Notes: generated by a model from the letters alone, not told the origin. DNA of 64,000 bases from an uncultured Arcobacteraceae bacterium (GCA_964022095.1 CAXHZO010000001.1:1-64000); one strand, 5' to 3'; shown: positions 21,872 to 33,039, numbered from the stretch's first letter. Numbers and translations are program-made.

Positions 21872-22474
21872 TTATTTGTAAAAACTATCAATCTTCGCTT
21901 TATGATTAGCTGCCCAATCTTTGAAGCTCATAGCTTGATCTTTTTGCACATTTGATTTTGTTTGAGTATAAACTTCTTCTGCTTTTTCTTTTGGAATAAC
22001 AGCAACGCCCTCTTCGTCAGCTACTATTATATCTCCTGGGTTTACAGAGATTCCACCGGCAGTAATAGGGATATTTACTGGAACAGCATTTTTCTTTCCA
22101 CCTGGCATAGGTAATACACCTCTTCCAAAAATCGCTACTTCGTTTTCTCTTATTTCACCTATATCTCTAACCAAACCATCAATTACAAAACCCTTGATTC
22201 CTCTTTTTTTAGCGATTAAAGCTACATTTCCGCCAATTACAGCATAATCCATAGTATTTGATTGAGCTACAATTATTGAGCCAACAGGAGCTTCATAAAT
22301 TGCTCTATGTAAACTAAGATTCTCACCACCAACCATTTCAACTGTAAAAGCAGGTCCTGAGATTCTAGGAATTCCTTGCCATAGTTCTTTGATACCTGCA
22401 TCCATAAAATTTTCTCTTTTTATTGGGCCTGCATAATCACAAGGGGAAAAATCAGCAAACTTTTCATAATCCAT
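21872..22474 (-). CDS. RraA/HMG aldolase-family protein
   Basis: GPAFTV, VIDGLVRD, VNPGDIIVADEEGVAVIP. Confidence 0.88.
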   Translation of the reverse strand: MDYEKFADFSPCDYAGPIKRENFMDAGIKELWQGIPRISGPAFTVEMVGGENLSLHRAIYEAPVGSIIVAQSNTMDYAVIGGNVALIAKKRGIKGFVIDGLVRDIGEIRENEVAIFGRGVLPMPGGKKNAVPVNIPITAGGISVNPGDIIVADEEGVAVIPKEKAEEVYTQTKSNVQKDQAMSFKDWAANHKAKIDSFYK

Positions 22475-22499
22475 TTTTATCCTTTAAATTTATAATATT

Positions 22500-22590
22500 T
22501 TACATACCTATTATAGTAGCAACTATTTTCCTATTTCCACCATGATCTCTATGTTCACCTAAATATATTCCTTCCATATTCAAGGTTTAT
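22500..22590 (-). pseudogene. yjbQ: 3' fragment of yjbQ (UPF0047)
   Basis: EGIYLGEHRDHGGNRKIVATIIGM* resembles the YjbQ C-terminus (W-Q-G-I-Y-L-x-E-H-R...R-K-I-V-A-T). Confidence 0.75.
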
Positions 22591-22677
22591 ATTTACAAGT
22601 TAAAAAAATTTTACTATAAATTATTAATAAAATACCTTATTTAGTAAAGAACTTTTCTATTGTCATTTTTCATCCTA

Positions 22678-23850
22678 TTAAGATTTTATTCTTGTTAAAG
22701 TTTTAGCATAACGAATAGACCATATAATAAACATAACTATCCAAAGCCAAGAACTTAAGTGTAAAATTCCCATATAAACGGTTGAATCATTTAAAAATAA
22801 GACAGAAGCAATTGTTCTACTAATAACAATCACTTGAGTTAATACAAATATAAATTTTGTGATTTTATCTGCAACAATTTGTTGAGCAGGAACTGCATGA
22901 CCCATAACAACCCTACTTCCAAAACCTATTAATAAAGTAGCCACAAATCCTAAAGCAAAAATATGAAGTGATAACTTTAATGAATATACTTCATAAATAG
23001 ACTCTAAAAATAAAGCTATAAAGCCTACTTCAAGCCAAATAAATGATACCACTAAAATAGAGATAATAGCAGGTGTTTTTTTATAAATATTTAGATTCAT
23101 CACCATATATCCAAAAAATAACATAGCAACAAAAGATATTAATTTTAATATCAATAATAATTCAAACTCTAAAGTAATACCTAAACCTAAAAATAGCATA
23201 ACAGAAATCTCTCTTATATATTTAGGCTTTTCCCACGCCATAACTTTCATATACGAACCATAAAAGGCAGGAATCATTCTTTGGGCAACTAAAAATACTA
23301 AACTTATTAAATATCCAAAAAATATTAATAAAGATAGATTTGTTTGAAAAAGCACTTCAAGAAGCAAAAATATAGCTCCAAATAAAAATACTAAATTTAA
23401 AAATATGCTATCTTTCTTGTAAGAAGCTTTACCCTCTTTTATAGTTTCATAAAAAACTTTAACAAAATATAACATTACAAAAGAAACTAAAATTTTTCCT
23501 AAAAAACTAGCTCCCAGAAAAGATAAAACTATACCCCCTTGAAAAATAAACCAAGGTTTTAAATATTTTTCTTTTGATATAACTTTTGCCCCATTAAATT
23601 TAGGTATCACAGTAATTAAAAAACCTAAAAATGCATTAGTAAAAACTGCATAATTTAATCCAAACCCATGAATCAAAGAAAATTCAAGGGGTGATTTTCC
23701 AAGAAAGGATACAAAAGTTAATACCATTACTACTATTGCAAAAAATATTGAACTCGTAAAATATAATTGATGTGATTGTGAAGTAAATCTATCCCACCAT
23801 ATCTCTTCTATTTTTGGTGTAAAACCATTTTGATTTGTTGAAAACTGCAT
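22678..23850 (-). CDS. nnrS: NnrS-family protein
   Basis: About 12 TM segments, GFLITVIPKF, RMIPAF, LHIFALG, SRVVMGH; adjacent to nor genes. Confidence 0.8.
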   Translation of the reverse strand: MQFSTNQNGFTPKIEEIWWDRFTSQSHQLYFTSSIFFAIVVMVLTFVSFLGKSPLEFSLIHGFGLNYAVFTNAFLGFLITVIPKFNGAKVISKEKYLKPWFIFQGGIVLSFLGASFLGKILVSFVMLYFVKVFYETIKEGKASYKKDSIFLNLVFLFGAIFLLLEVLFQTNLSLLIFFGYLISLVFLVAQRMIPAFYGSYMKVMAWEKPKYIREISVMLFLGLGITLEFELLLILKLISFVAMLFFGYMVMNLNIYKKTPAIISILVVSFIWLEVGFIALFLESIYEVYSLKLSLHIFALGFVATLLIGFGSRVVMGHAVPAQQIVADKITKFIFVLTQVIVISRTIASVLFLNDSTVYMGILHLSSWLWIVMFIIWSIRYAKTLTRIKS

Positions 23851-23858
23851 ATTTTTCC

Positions 23859-24278
23859 TTAAATATAAAACATAAATTGTGATAAAAATACTATAATTAT
23901 CACTAATATAAATGGTAGTATATGACTTTTAAAAACAAAAGGCTGTATTCCAAAAAAAACCTGAAGAATACCTCTAACACCTAACCAAAGTCCTAAAATA
24001 CCTTTAATTGACAATAGTATTTGAAAATTTGAAAATCCATTTTCCCCTACACTTCCAAAACTATTCTGGAATAAAAGAATACCACTAATCACTGCAATAA
24101 CTAGAGCTTTAGGGACTAAAACTCTTGTAAATTCTTTAAAATAAGATCTAACTTCATCATACTTTTCTTTTGATAATGTTTTTTGCATACGCATTAAAAT
24201 GAGATTATCCGTAAATAAGAAACCCCCATAAATTAATACTGAGAAAATATGAAGAATTTTTATAATTAAATATGTCAA
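23859..24278 (-). CDS. 4-TM membrane protein (CopD-like/hypothetical)
   Basis: IKILHIFSVLIYGG and hydrophobicity pattern. Confidence 0.55.
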   Translation of the reverse strand: MTYLIIKILHIFSVLIYGGFLFTDNLILMRMQKTLSKEKYDEVRSYFKEFTRVLVPKALVIAVISGILLFQNSFGSVGENGFSNFQILLSIKGILGLWLGVRGILQVFFGIQPFVFKSHILPFILVIIIVFLSQFMFYI

Positions 24279-24320
24279 AAAATTTCCTTTCTAAATTTAT
24301 CAATAATTTGCATTAATACT

Positions 24321-24911
24321 TTAAAACATGTCTTCATTTTTTTTAGAACCTTTTTTTGGGTTTATTATAAATTTATTAAATTTTACTCCATCTGGATAGT
24401 GTCTATGTTTAGAAATATTATTAACTAAAAGTGCAATAATAAATAGGATAAAAGCCCCTGTTGCCACAGGATATAAAACATAAAGAAAACCCAGTTCATG
24501 TATATTTTCACTTCCTAATACTGCTATTAATGCCGTTGCTCCTCCTGGAGGATGTAAAGTTAAAGTAAGTTGCATAACTAGAATGGAAGTTGCTACTGCA
24601 AATGCAGAGCACAATAAGAGATTATCAAAAAAAAGTTTATAAGAAATAATTCCTACTATAGCAGATAAAATATGTCCGCCTATAAGATTTCTAGGTTGTG
24701 CAAGAGGTGAGTGTATTGCTCCATATACTAAAACAGCACTTGCTCCAAAAGAACCAATCACTAAACCTAAATCTTCATCTCCTAAAACTCCTCTATGAAA
24801 TAAAGCTATGCTTAATATTCCTACGAAAGAACCTATCCAAGACCAAATCATATTTGATCTTTCAAGAGGCTCTGTATTTATTTTTTTAAATTGTTTAAAA
24901 AATCTTTTCAA
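24321..24911 (-). CDS. HPP-family membrane protein
   Basis: SFGASAVLVYG, SPLAQPRNLIGGH, TLHPPGGATAL. Confidence 0.92.
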   Translation of the reverse strand: MKRFFKQFKKINTEPLERSNMIWSWIGSFVGILSIALFHRGVLGDEDLGLVIGSFGASAVLVYGAIHSPLAQPRNLIGGHILSAIVGIISYKLFFDNLLLCSAFAVATSILVMQLTLTLHPPGGATALIAVLGSENIHELGFLYVLYPVATGAFILFIIALLVNNISKHRHYPDGVKFNKFIINPKKGSKKNEDMF

Positions 24912-24914
24912 AAT

Positions 24915-25217
24915 TTAGCCTGCTAGTTTTGCTTTAACTTCATCTGATGCCATACTAATATTCCAAGCTGGTTCCCAAACTAAATCTACACTTGCGATTT
25001 GAACCTTTGGTAATTCTCTTAAAACTGCCTCTTCAACCCATTGAATAATCATTTGGTGAAGAGGACAAGCTTTTGTACTAAGTGTCATTGTAACAGTTAC
25101 TTTCATGTTTTTATCACAAAAAGCATCATAAATAAGTCCCATCTCTACAAGATTAAAACCAACTTCTGGATCATTTACAGTTGATACTGCTTTAAAAATT
25201 TCTTCTTTACTATACAT
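24915..25217 (-). CDS. DUF59 metal-sulfur cluster assembly protein
   Basis: DPEVGFNLVEMGLIY, MTLSTKACPLH, LVWEPAW. Confidence 0.88.
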   Translation of the reverse strand: MYSKEEIFKAVSTVNDPEVGFNLVEMGLIYDAFCDKNMKVTVTMTLSTKACPLHQMIIQWVEEAVLRELPKVQIASVDLVWEPAWNISMASDEVKAKLAG

Positions 25218-26450
25218 TTATTTAAACCTTATCATATATAAAATATCTTTTAACAAAAAAATTGCACCAATACTTAATAAACTAATACCACTTTTAAAGA
25301 TAGAATCAACACTCAATAATATGCCAATTGCTGAAATCATAACGCCCAATGTTGAAAAAATAAATTGCATATTTGCACTTTTTACTGGAACCATATCTGA
25401 AAGCATAGGTACTTTTTTCTTTCCAACAAAAGGAGAAAATTTTTCAAACCATACTAAAAAAGGTACTATTTTATACATATGTCCTGTAATCACAAAAGTG
25501 ATAAAACCAAAAATACCAAGCCATGATAAAGTTAATAATAAATTGTGATTTGGATTAAAAATATAAATTATTCCCATAATAATTGAAATCAATAGGCAAA
25601 GATATGAAAAAAACATACTTTTAAAATAAATATCAACTTCTAATCTAACTCTAGTCTTATAAATTATGAATATTTGGAAAAAGTATAAAATCAAAGCAAT
25701 AAAACTTAAAATATAGCCCGAAAACTCCATAAATTTTACATTTATTAAAGAAGATAAAACTACAAGTAAAATCCCAAAAGACAAAATCACTAAGGCACTT
25801 TTTACAAATATCCAAGAGAAACTATGGCTAAGCCAAAACATAGGTAATAAAACCAAAGACATACCCATAATTGTAATACCAACATAACCAACTAGTACCA
25901 AAAAAACATGTGCTTTAAGAAGCTTATAGATATCTACATCTAAAACTCCACTATAACCTAAAGCTAGAATTATTCCAATAATCAAACCAAAAAGTAAAAA
26001 TATATTTGCAATTAAAACTGTAGTAATTATAAAGTTTAATTTTTTAACCTTTAAAATAGTTAAAAAAGTTTCAAATAAAAATATTGAAAAAGCTACAAAT
26101 GCTATTACTCCACCATAAGGCAAAAGTATAGGGAAATAGTAAAAACCCGTTCCCATTAAAACAGTTCCTATAAATAGTAATGGATAAATTATATAATACA
26201 AATCAACAGCAAAATGCCCTACTTCAAGTACTACTGGGACTAATTGAGCCATAGCCCCAAAGATTATCATCATCACAAAACCAAGTAAAAAAATATGAAC
26301 CCAAGCTAGAGTGCTACTATTTAAACTGTGTGCAGTTGATATATCCATTCCAAATAGTAAAAATGTACTAAATGTTAAAACTAATATCCCAATAATAAAA
26401 TATGGAGATATAAGTTTAAATGGTGGAGCAAACTGCTGAGAGATATTCAT
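25218..26450 (-). CDS. 12-TM His-containing membrane protein
   Basis: APPF, WVHIFLLGF, GAMAQLVPV, AHVFL, LLPMFWLSH, YKIVPFLVW. Confidence 0.7.
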   Translation of the reverse strand: MNISQQFAPPFKLISPYFIIGILVLTFSTFLLFGMDISTAHSLNSSTLAWVHIFLLGFVMMIIFGAMAQLVPVVLEVGHFAVDLYYIIYPLLFIGTVLMGTGFYYFPILLPYGGVIAFVAFSIFLFETFLTILKVKKLNFIITTVLIANIFLLFGLIIGIILALGYSGVLDVDIYKLLKAHVFLVLVGYVGITIMGMSLVLLPMFWLSHSFSWIFVKSALVILSFGILLVVLSSLINVKFMEFSGYILSFIALILYFFQIFIIYKTRVRLEVDIYFKSMFFSYLCLLISIIMGIIYIFNPNHNLLLTLSWLGIFGFITFVITGHMYKIVPFLVWFEKFSPFVGKKKVPMLSDMVPVKSANMQFIFSTLGVMISAIGILLSVDSIFKSGISLLSIGAIFLLKDILYMIRFK

Positions 26451-26453
26451 TTT

Positions 26454-26777
26454 TTATCCGTGACAACTATTTTGTGTAAAATCCGTTGAATTTAAAGCAT
26501 CAACTTTTTTTGTAAATACAACTTTGATTTTTCCATCATCTGTATCTTCTTCTAGAAAATTAAAATCTTCTTCAATTTTTGGGAATAATCCCCCTGGAGA
26601 TTTATGATTTATCATAACTAATTGAGAATTTTCATCCAACAATTGTAAACCAGCCATAGCATTTACCATTGGATCTGGTGGCCCACACATACTTGTGTCA
26701 AATTGATAAGTAGTTAAACCATCTTTAATCTCTTTGAAAAAATCAACTGTAGCACCTAAAACTTCTATTTTTTCCAT
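26454..26777 (-). CDS. DUF2249/TusA-like small protein
   Basis: AAGGA SD before ATG 26777; FDTSMCGPPDPMVNAM...INHKSPGGLFP. Confidence 0.6.
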   Translation of the reverse strand: MEKIEVLGATVDFFKEIKDGLTTYQFDTSMCGPPDPMVNAMAGLQLLDENSQLVMINHKSPGGLFPKIEEDFNFLEEDTDDGKIKVVFTKKVDALNSTDFTQNSCHG

Positions 26778-26824
26778 GATAATTCCTTTTTTTGTAACTA
26801 TAGCAATACTGATAATGTTTCTCA

Positions 26825-26838
26825 TTGACATAAGTCAA
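26825..26838. promoter_or_regulatory. Crp/Fnr (Nss-type) box in the divergent nor promoter
   Basis: TTGACATAAGTCAA; -10-like hexamers 22 nt to the left (TATAGT, minus strand) and 21 nt to the right (TATAAT). Confidence 0.7.
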
Positions 26839-26864
26839 TAAAATAAACGAATTTTTAAATATAA

Positions 26865-26882
26865 TTCTACTTATAAGTATAA
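26865..26882. promoter_or_regulatory. palindromic operator upstream of norE
   Basis: TTCTACTTATAAGTATAA; related copies at 27735 and 27782. Confidence 0.65.
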
Positions 26883-26902
26883 TTTTATAAAAAGGTGAAT
26901 AT

Positions 26903-27484
26903 TTGGAGAGTTCAAAGAATAACTATCCTCCAGGAGATTTTGGAATTTGGTTAGTAATATATATAGAATTAATTACTTTTGGAGCCTTTTTTATTGGCTA
27001 TGCATTTACTAGACGATTAGATATAGAACTTTTTAATAATTCACAACAACTATTAAATAAAGAATTTGGTTTTGTAAACACACTGACACTTATAAGCAGC
27101 AGTTTTTTTGTTGTTAAAGCAATTGAATTGATTAAATCAGATGAAACTTTTGAAAAAATTTCTAAAGCTTCAAATTACCTTTTAGTATCAATTTCTCTAG
27201 GTGGATTATTTTTGATATTAAAGTGTATCGAGTTTTATCAAAAGTTTAGCGAAGGTATAAATCTAAGCACTAACAAATTTTTTATGTTTTATTTTATCAT
27301 GACCTTTTTCCATTTTTTACATGTTGTTTTAGGAGTTTTTATTCTATTAGTCATGTATAAAAATACTAAATTAGGCATTTATACGAAAACAAATCATAAA
27401 GGGTTAGAGACAGGTGCTTCATACTGGCATATGGTTGATTTGGTTTGGATAATTTTATTTCCACTAATTTATATTATGAGGTAA
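26903..27484 (+). CDS. norE: NorE, cytochrome c oxidase subunit III-like
   Basis: NTLTLISSS, FHFLHVVLG, YWHMVDLVWIILFP. Confidence 0.85.
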   Translation: MESSKNNYPPGDFGIWLVIYIELITFGAFFIGYAFTRRLDIELFNNSQQLLNKEFGFVNTLTLISSSFFVVKAIELIKSDETFEKISKASNYLLVSISLGGLFLILKCIEFYQKFSEGINLSTNKFFMFYFIMTFFHFLHVVLGVFILLVMYKNTKLGIYTKTNHKGLETGASYWHMVDLVWIILFPLIYIMR

Positions 27485-27487
27485 ATT

Positions 27488-27730
27488 ATGAAATTAAAAA
27501 CAATTTGGATATTTCTTATTTTTTTTACAACACTTACTTTTATATTAGGGAAAATTGAACTTTCACCTTATTTTTTCATTGCTTTAATTCTTTTAACTAC
27601 ATTTGTAAAAGGACAGTTAGTAATTGATTTTTTCATGGGTTTAAAAACGGTAAGTTTAAAGTACAGATTAATTGTCAATTTATGGTTGTTTCTAGTAATT
27701 GTTTTAATAGGATTGGCTTTTTTGGCCTAA
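27488..27730 (+). CDS. norF: NorF, cytochrome c oxidase subunit IV-like
   Basis: 3 TM segments, KGQLVIDFFMGLK; lies between norE and norC. Confidence 0.7.
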   Translation: MKLKTIWIFLIFFTTLTFILGKIELSPYFFIALILLTTFVKGQLVIDFFMGLKTVSLKYRLIVNLWLFLVIVLIGLAFLA

Positions 27731-27734
27731 TATA

Positions 27735-27799
27735 TTCTATCTAAAGGTAGAATTAATAAAATATCAGTTATTATTCCAAAATACTACTTATAAGTAGAA
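27735..27799. promoter_or_regulatory. two operator palindromes upstream of norC
   Basis: TTCTATCTAAAGGTAGAA (27735-27752) and TACTACTTATAAGTAGAA (27782-27799). Confidence 0.65.
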
Positions 27800-27816
27800 T
27801 TATAAAGGAGAAGTTT

Positions 27817-28263
27817 ATGGAAGAAAGAATTACCAAAAGTATGGCTAGAAACATCTATTTAGGTGGAAGCCTTTTTGCTATTTTAGTATTTGCCGGATTG
27901 ACACTAGACACAGTACAACAAGTTCCTAAATTATCTAATGCACAGAATATTACAAAATCTGTAGCACATGGAAAACATTTATGGGAAGTTAACAACTGTG
28001 TTGGTTGCCATACTATTATGGGAGAAGGAGCATATTACGCACCTGAATTAGGAAATGTATTTAATAGAAGAGGAGCATCAGATGAAGCAACTTTTAAAGC
28101 ATATATGCAAGGATGGATGGCTGCACAACCACTAGATGCACCAGACAGAAGAAAAATGCCACAGTTTAATTTAAGCGAGACAGAAGTAAATGATCTTGCA
28201 AACTTCCTGATTTGGACATCAAAAATTGATGACAATGAATGGCCACCAAATATTGAAGGATAG
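27817..28263 (+). CDS. norC: nitric oxide reductase subunit C
   Basis: TKSMARNIY, CVGCHTIMGEGAYYAPEL, RRKMPQFNL, WPPNIEG. Confidence 0.97.
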   Translation: MEERITKSMARNIYLGGSLFAILVFAGLTLDTVQQVPKLSNAQNITKSVAHGKHLWEVNNCVGCHTIMGEGAYYAPELGNVFNRRGASDEATFKAYMQGWMAAQPLDAPDRRKMPQFNLSETEVNDLANFLIWTSKIDDNEWPPNIEG

Positions 28264-29643
<1,380 letters not shown>

Positions 29644-29645
29644 TC

Positions 29646-31415
29646 ATGTTAGAGTGGGAAGAAGATATAGGAAAAGCTTGGGATAAATTCTTAAATAAAA
29701 AAACAACTATTTCTAATAAAGAAGCAAAGGTTTCTTTTTCTGAACACTCTAAATCTTTTAAAGTCTTTTATCATCTTCTAGGAGGTGATAAAGGTAAAGA
29801 GTTAAAAATTACTGACAAAAGAAATATTAAAAAATCAAGAACTTTTTTACAAAAACTTTCAGGATATGGAAAATCACTTTTCTTAACTTGGCAAGATAAT
29901 AATGCAGTTTATCTTCCTGCTTCACTTGATATTTTACCAACAATAGAAGAGAATAAAATGCTGTATTTTTGGCTAATTGCAATGATTACAAAAGTAAATG
30001 TAAATCAGTCAAATATAATAGAAGAAAATCAAAATGCAGCTAAGTATCTTTGTGATAGATATATTGGCTTTAGATATTTTTACAATCAATCAAGCCAATA
30101 TCTTATCTCAAGGATACCTGAACTCTCTTACATAAATCAACTTGATTATAAAAAAACACAAGAAGAATATCCCTTTATAATGTGGATATATCCATCAGTA
30201 AATAAAAAAAATAGTCTTAATACTCAAGATGAGGAAGAGAATCCAGATAAAAGAAAAGATGAAAAAGTTGAATCTTTAAATATGAAAAAGAAAGCCAATC
30301 AAATTGATGATAAAAAAGAGACTGATGGATTTATGGCTTTTATTCCAGAAGGTTTGATGAGTATATTAGAACAAGTGAATGTTGATCGTGCTGAAGATGA
30401 TAGTTTTGATGAAGATGCACTTTATAATGCAGAAGATTTAGATGAGATTACTTTAGGACAAAAAAAAGCAAATCTAAAAGCAAGAGTTAAAATGGATTTA
30501 GATTTAACTCCTGATATGTCTGAAGAGTATCCTATTGGCAAAGGATATTATATTGATGAATGGGATTATACAAAGAAAAAGTATTTAGAAAGTTTTGTTC
30601 GGATAAGACCTATTATTACATCAAATATTGAAGCAATTTCACTACCAAAACGATTAGAGAAAACAGTTAAAAAAATTCAAACAGAACTTGATTTACTTGA
30701 GATTGATAGACTTAAAAGTAACAGACTTCCCTATGGACATGAAATTTGTCTTGATACTTGGATAGATTATAAAGGTCATCAAAACAAATCACTTCATCAT
30801 CAAAAATTTTATGAAAACTTTGAAAAGAAAACAAGAGATATGGCTACACTTATTCTTGCAGATATTTCACTTTCAACAGAAGCTGGAATCACTGAAGAAA
30901 TTCGGGTAATTGATATGATAAAAGATGGGCTAATGGTCTTCTCTCAAGCTTTAGAAAAACTACAGGATAAATTTGCAATCTACGCATTCTCCTCAAATAA
31001 AAATACAAATGTAAGATTTCATATAATAAAAAATTTTAAAGAAAAATACTCTGATTTAATACGAGGAAGAATTGACTCTATAAAACCAGGCTACTACACA
31101 AGATTAGGTGCAGCAATTAGAGAGTCTACAAAGATTTTAGATAAACAACAAAGTCAAAATAAACTTTTACTTATCATTAGTGATGGAAAACCAAATGACA
31201 TAGATAGATACGATGGAAGATATGGCATTGAAGATACAAAAAAAGCTATTGAAGAAGTAAAACAAAAAGGTATTACTCCTTTTTGCATAACAATTGATAT
31301 TGAAGCAAAAGATTATCTCTCATATTTATTTGGTAAAAATGGCTATGCAGTTGTAAGAGACAGTAAAAAACTTCCAAAAGTAATACCTGAAGTATATATA
31401 AATTTAACAAAATAA
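29646..31415 (+). CDS. norD: NorD, VWA-domain activation protein
   Basis: EWDY, LADISLST, PGYYTRLGAAIR, ISDGKPNDIDRYDGRYGIEDT. Confidence 0.93.
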   Translation: MLEWEEDIGKAWDKFLNKKTTISNKEAKVSFSEHSKSFKVFYHLLGGDKGKELKITDKRNIKKSRTFLQKLSGYGKSLFLTWQDNNAVYLPASLDILPTIEENKMLYFWLIAMITKVNVNQSNIIEENQNAAKYLCDRYIGFRYFYNQSSQYLISRIPELSYINQLDYKKTQEEYPFIMWIYPSVNKKNSLNTQDEEENPDKRKDEKVESLNMKKKANQIDDKKETDGFMAFIPEGLMSILEQVNVDRAEDDSFDEDALYNAEDLDEITLGQKKANLKARVKMDLDLTPDMSEEYPIGKGYYIDEWDYTKKKYLESFVRIRPIITSNIEAISLPKRLEKTVKKIQTELDLLEIDRLKSNRLPYGHEICLDTWIDYKGHQNKSLHHQKFYENFEKKTRDMATLILADISLSTEAGITEEIRVIDMIKDGLMVFSQALEKLQDKFAIYAFSSNKNTNVRFHIIKNFKEKYSDLIRGRIDSIKPGYYTRLGAAIRESTKILDKQQSQNKLLLIISDGKPNDIDRYDGRYGIEDTKKAIEEVKQKGITPFCITIDIEAKDYLSYLFGKNGYAVVRDSKKLPKVIPEVYINLTK

Positions 31416-31430
31416 AAAAGGAAATTGATA

Positions 31431-32231
31431 ATGTCAAATACGTATTATTTATCTCAATCAAACGAAGTTGAACTTTTTGAAGCTGCTGCTTCTATGAATT
31501 TACCTATTCTTATAAAAGGTCCTACAGGATGTGGAAAAACTAGATTTATTGAACATATGGGTGAAAAACTAAATAGAGAAGTTTATACAGTAGTTTGTCA
31601 CGATGATTTAAGTGCTGCTGATTTAGTAGGACGTCATTTAATCGATGAAAATGGAACTTATTGGCAAGATGGACCACTTACAAAAGCTGTGAGAAATGGT
31701 GGAATTTGTTATTTAGACGAAATTATAGAAGCAAGAAAAGATACCACAGTTGTTCTACATTCGCTAGCAGACTATAGAAGAGTACTGCCAATTGATAGAA
31801 CAGGAGAAGCGATAGAAGCACATCCAGACTTTATGTTAGTTGTTTCATATAACCCAGGTTATCAAAATGTTTTAAAAGGCATGAAGCCAAGTACAAAACA
31901 AAGATTTATTTCTCTTTCATTTAACTATCCAGAAGCAAAAGTTGAAAAAGAAATAATTATTAAAGAGAGTGAAGTTGATGAAAGTATTGCACAAAAACTT
32001 GTAGAAATTGCAGGAGAAATAAGAGAACTTTCTGATACAGATATTCAAGAAGCAGTTTCAACTAGGTTATTAATATATGCAGCAAAGCTTATCAAAAAAG
32101 GTTTTAATCCATATAACGCTTGTATTCACTCAATAGTTGAATCATTAAGTGATGAAGATGATGTTTTAGAAGTTTTAGAAAAATTGATTACACTTCATTT
32201 TCTAAAAAAAGAGTTTGATGAAAGTCAATAA
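31431..32231 (+). CDS. norQ: NorQ AAA+ ATPase
   Basis: KGPTGCGKTRF, CHDDL, YLDEIIEARKD, SYNPGYQ, KPSTKQRF. Confidence 0.95.
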   Translation: MSNTYYLSQSNEVELFEAAASMNLPILIKGPTGCGKTRFIEHMGEKLNREVYTVVCHDDLSAADLVGRHLIDENGTYWQDGPLTKAVRNGGICYLDEIIEARKDTTVVLHSLADYRRVLPIDRTGEAIEAHPDFMLVVSYNPGYQNVLKGMKPSTKQRFISLSFNYPEAKVEKEIIIKESEVDESIAQKLVEIAGEIRELSDTDIQEAVSTRLLIYAAKLIKKGFNPYNACIHSIVESLSDEDDVLEVLEKLITLHFLKKEFDESQ

Positions 32232-32286
32232 AAAACTATAGTTTTTAAATTACAATAATAAAATAGTTCACAATCATGGGGTAGTT

Positions 32287-32471
32287 ATGTTTTTTAATTT
32301 GTTTAAGAAAAAAGAATGGAAAAATGAAAAAAACCAATTTATGTTTGTAAACATTGTAAACTAACTTGTAAGTCATGTGATACAATTTATTGTTTTACTT
32401 GTTATGTAAATGATGCTAATCCATGTCCTAGATGTGGAAAAAGAAATATTGATTATAAAAAAACATTGTAG
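32287..32471 (+). pseudogene. frameshifted Cys-rich microprotein (4x CxxC)
   Basis: MFFNLFKKKEWKNEK, A7 tract at 32327-32333, then in another frame PIYVCKHCKLTCKSCDTIYCFTCYVNDANPCPRCGKRNIDYKKTL*. Confidence 0.6.
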
Positions 32472-32514
32472 TTTAACTAATTATTAACTAAAATATAAAT
32501 AAAAAGAGCTGATT

Positions 32515-32925
32515 GTGAAACTAAATACTACAACTGAATATGCACTTAGGATTTTGATATTTATGGCGAAAAATCAAAATGAATTATTTCATACAAAAGA
32601 AATATCTGAAACTTTAAATATATCTTATAAATATATGACTAAAATAATTACACTATTATCTAATAATGAACTTATAATTTCAAAAAAAGGTAAAAATGGG
32701 GGTATTACACTCAAAAAAGACAGTGATGAAATATCAATAAAAGACATTTTGATAATTATGAATGATTTAGATGATGATAAATGTATATTGGGTCTTGGTT
32801 TATGTAGAGAAAAGAACAAATGTGCTATGCATGAAACTTGGATGGAATCAAAAAACTCTATAAGTCATACTTTTTCCAAAACTACTATAAAAGAGTTAGC
32901 TTTAAATCCTAATTCTTTAATTTAA
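32515..32925 (+). CDS. Rrf2-family transcriptional regulator with three C-terminal Cys
   Basis: EYALRIL, SKKGKNGG, CILGLGLCREKNKCAMH. Confidence 0.9.
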   Translation: MKLNTTTEYALRILIFMAKNQNELFHTKEISETLNISYKYMTKIITLLSNNELIISKKGKNGGITLKKDSDEISIKDILIIMNDLDDDKCILGLGLCREKNKCAMHETWMESKNSISHTFSKTTIKELALNPNSLI

Positions 32926-33039
32926 CTCACTAAGTCTTGATGTTTTATAAATAACATTATAAAAAAACTTATCTAAAGATGAATGCACATAAACGTAGAA
33001 TTGAATAACTTATGATTTAGTATTGATCAAAAATACTCC

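Noticed and set aside
26778-26831. N-terminal extension of the 26454 ORF given in the track
   Set aside because: It overlaps the Nss-type box and -10; the SD supports ATG 26777
32316-32336. ATG-GAA-AAA-TGA read-through as a second selenoprotein
   Set aside because: No SD, no SECIS-like hairpin, and the TGA is not in a redox motif; a homopolymer frameshift is simpler
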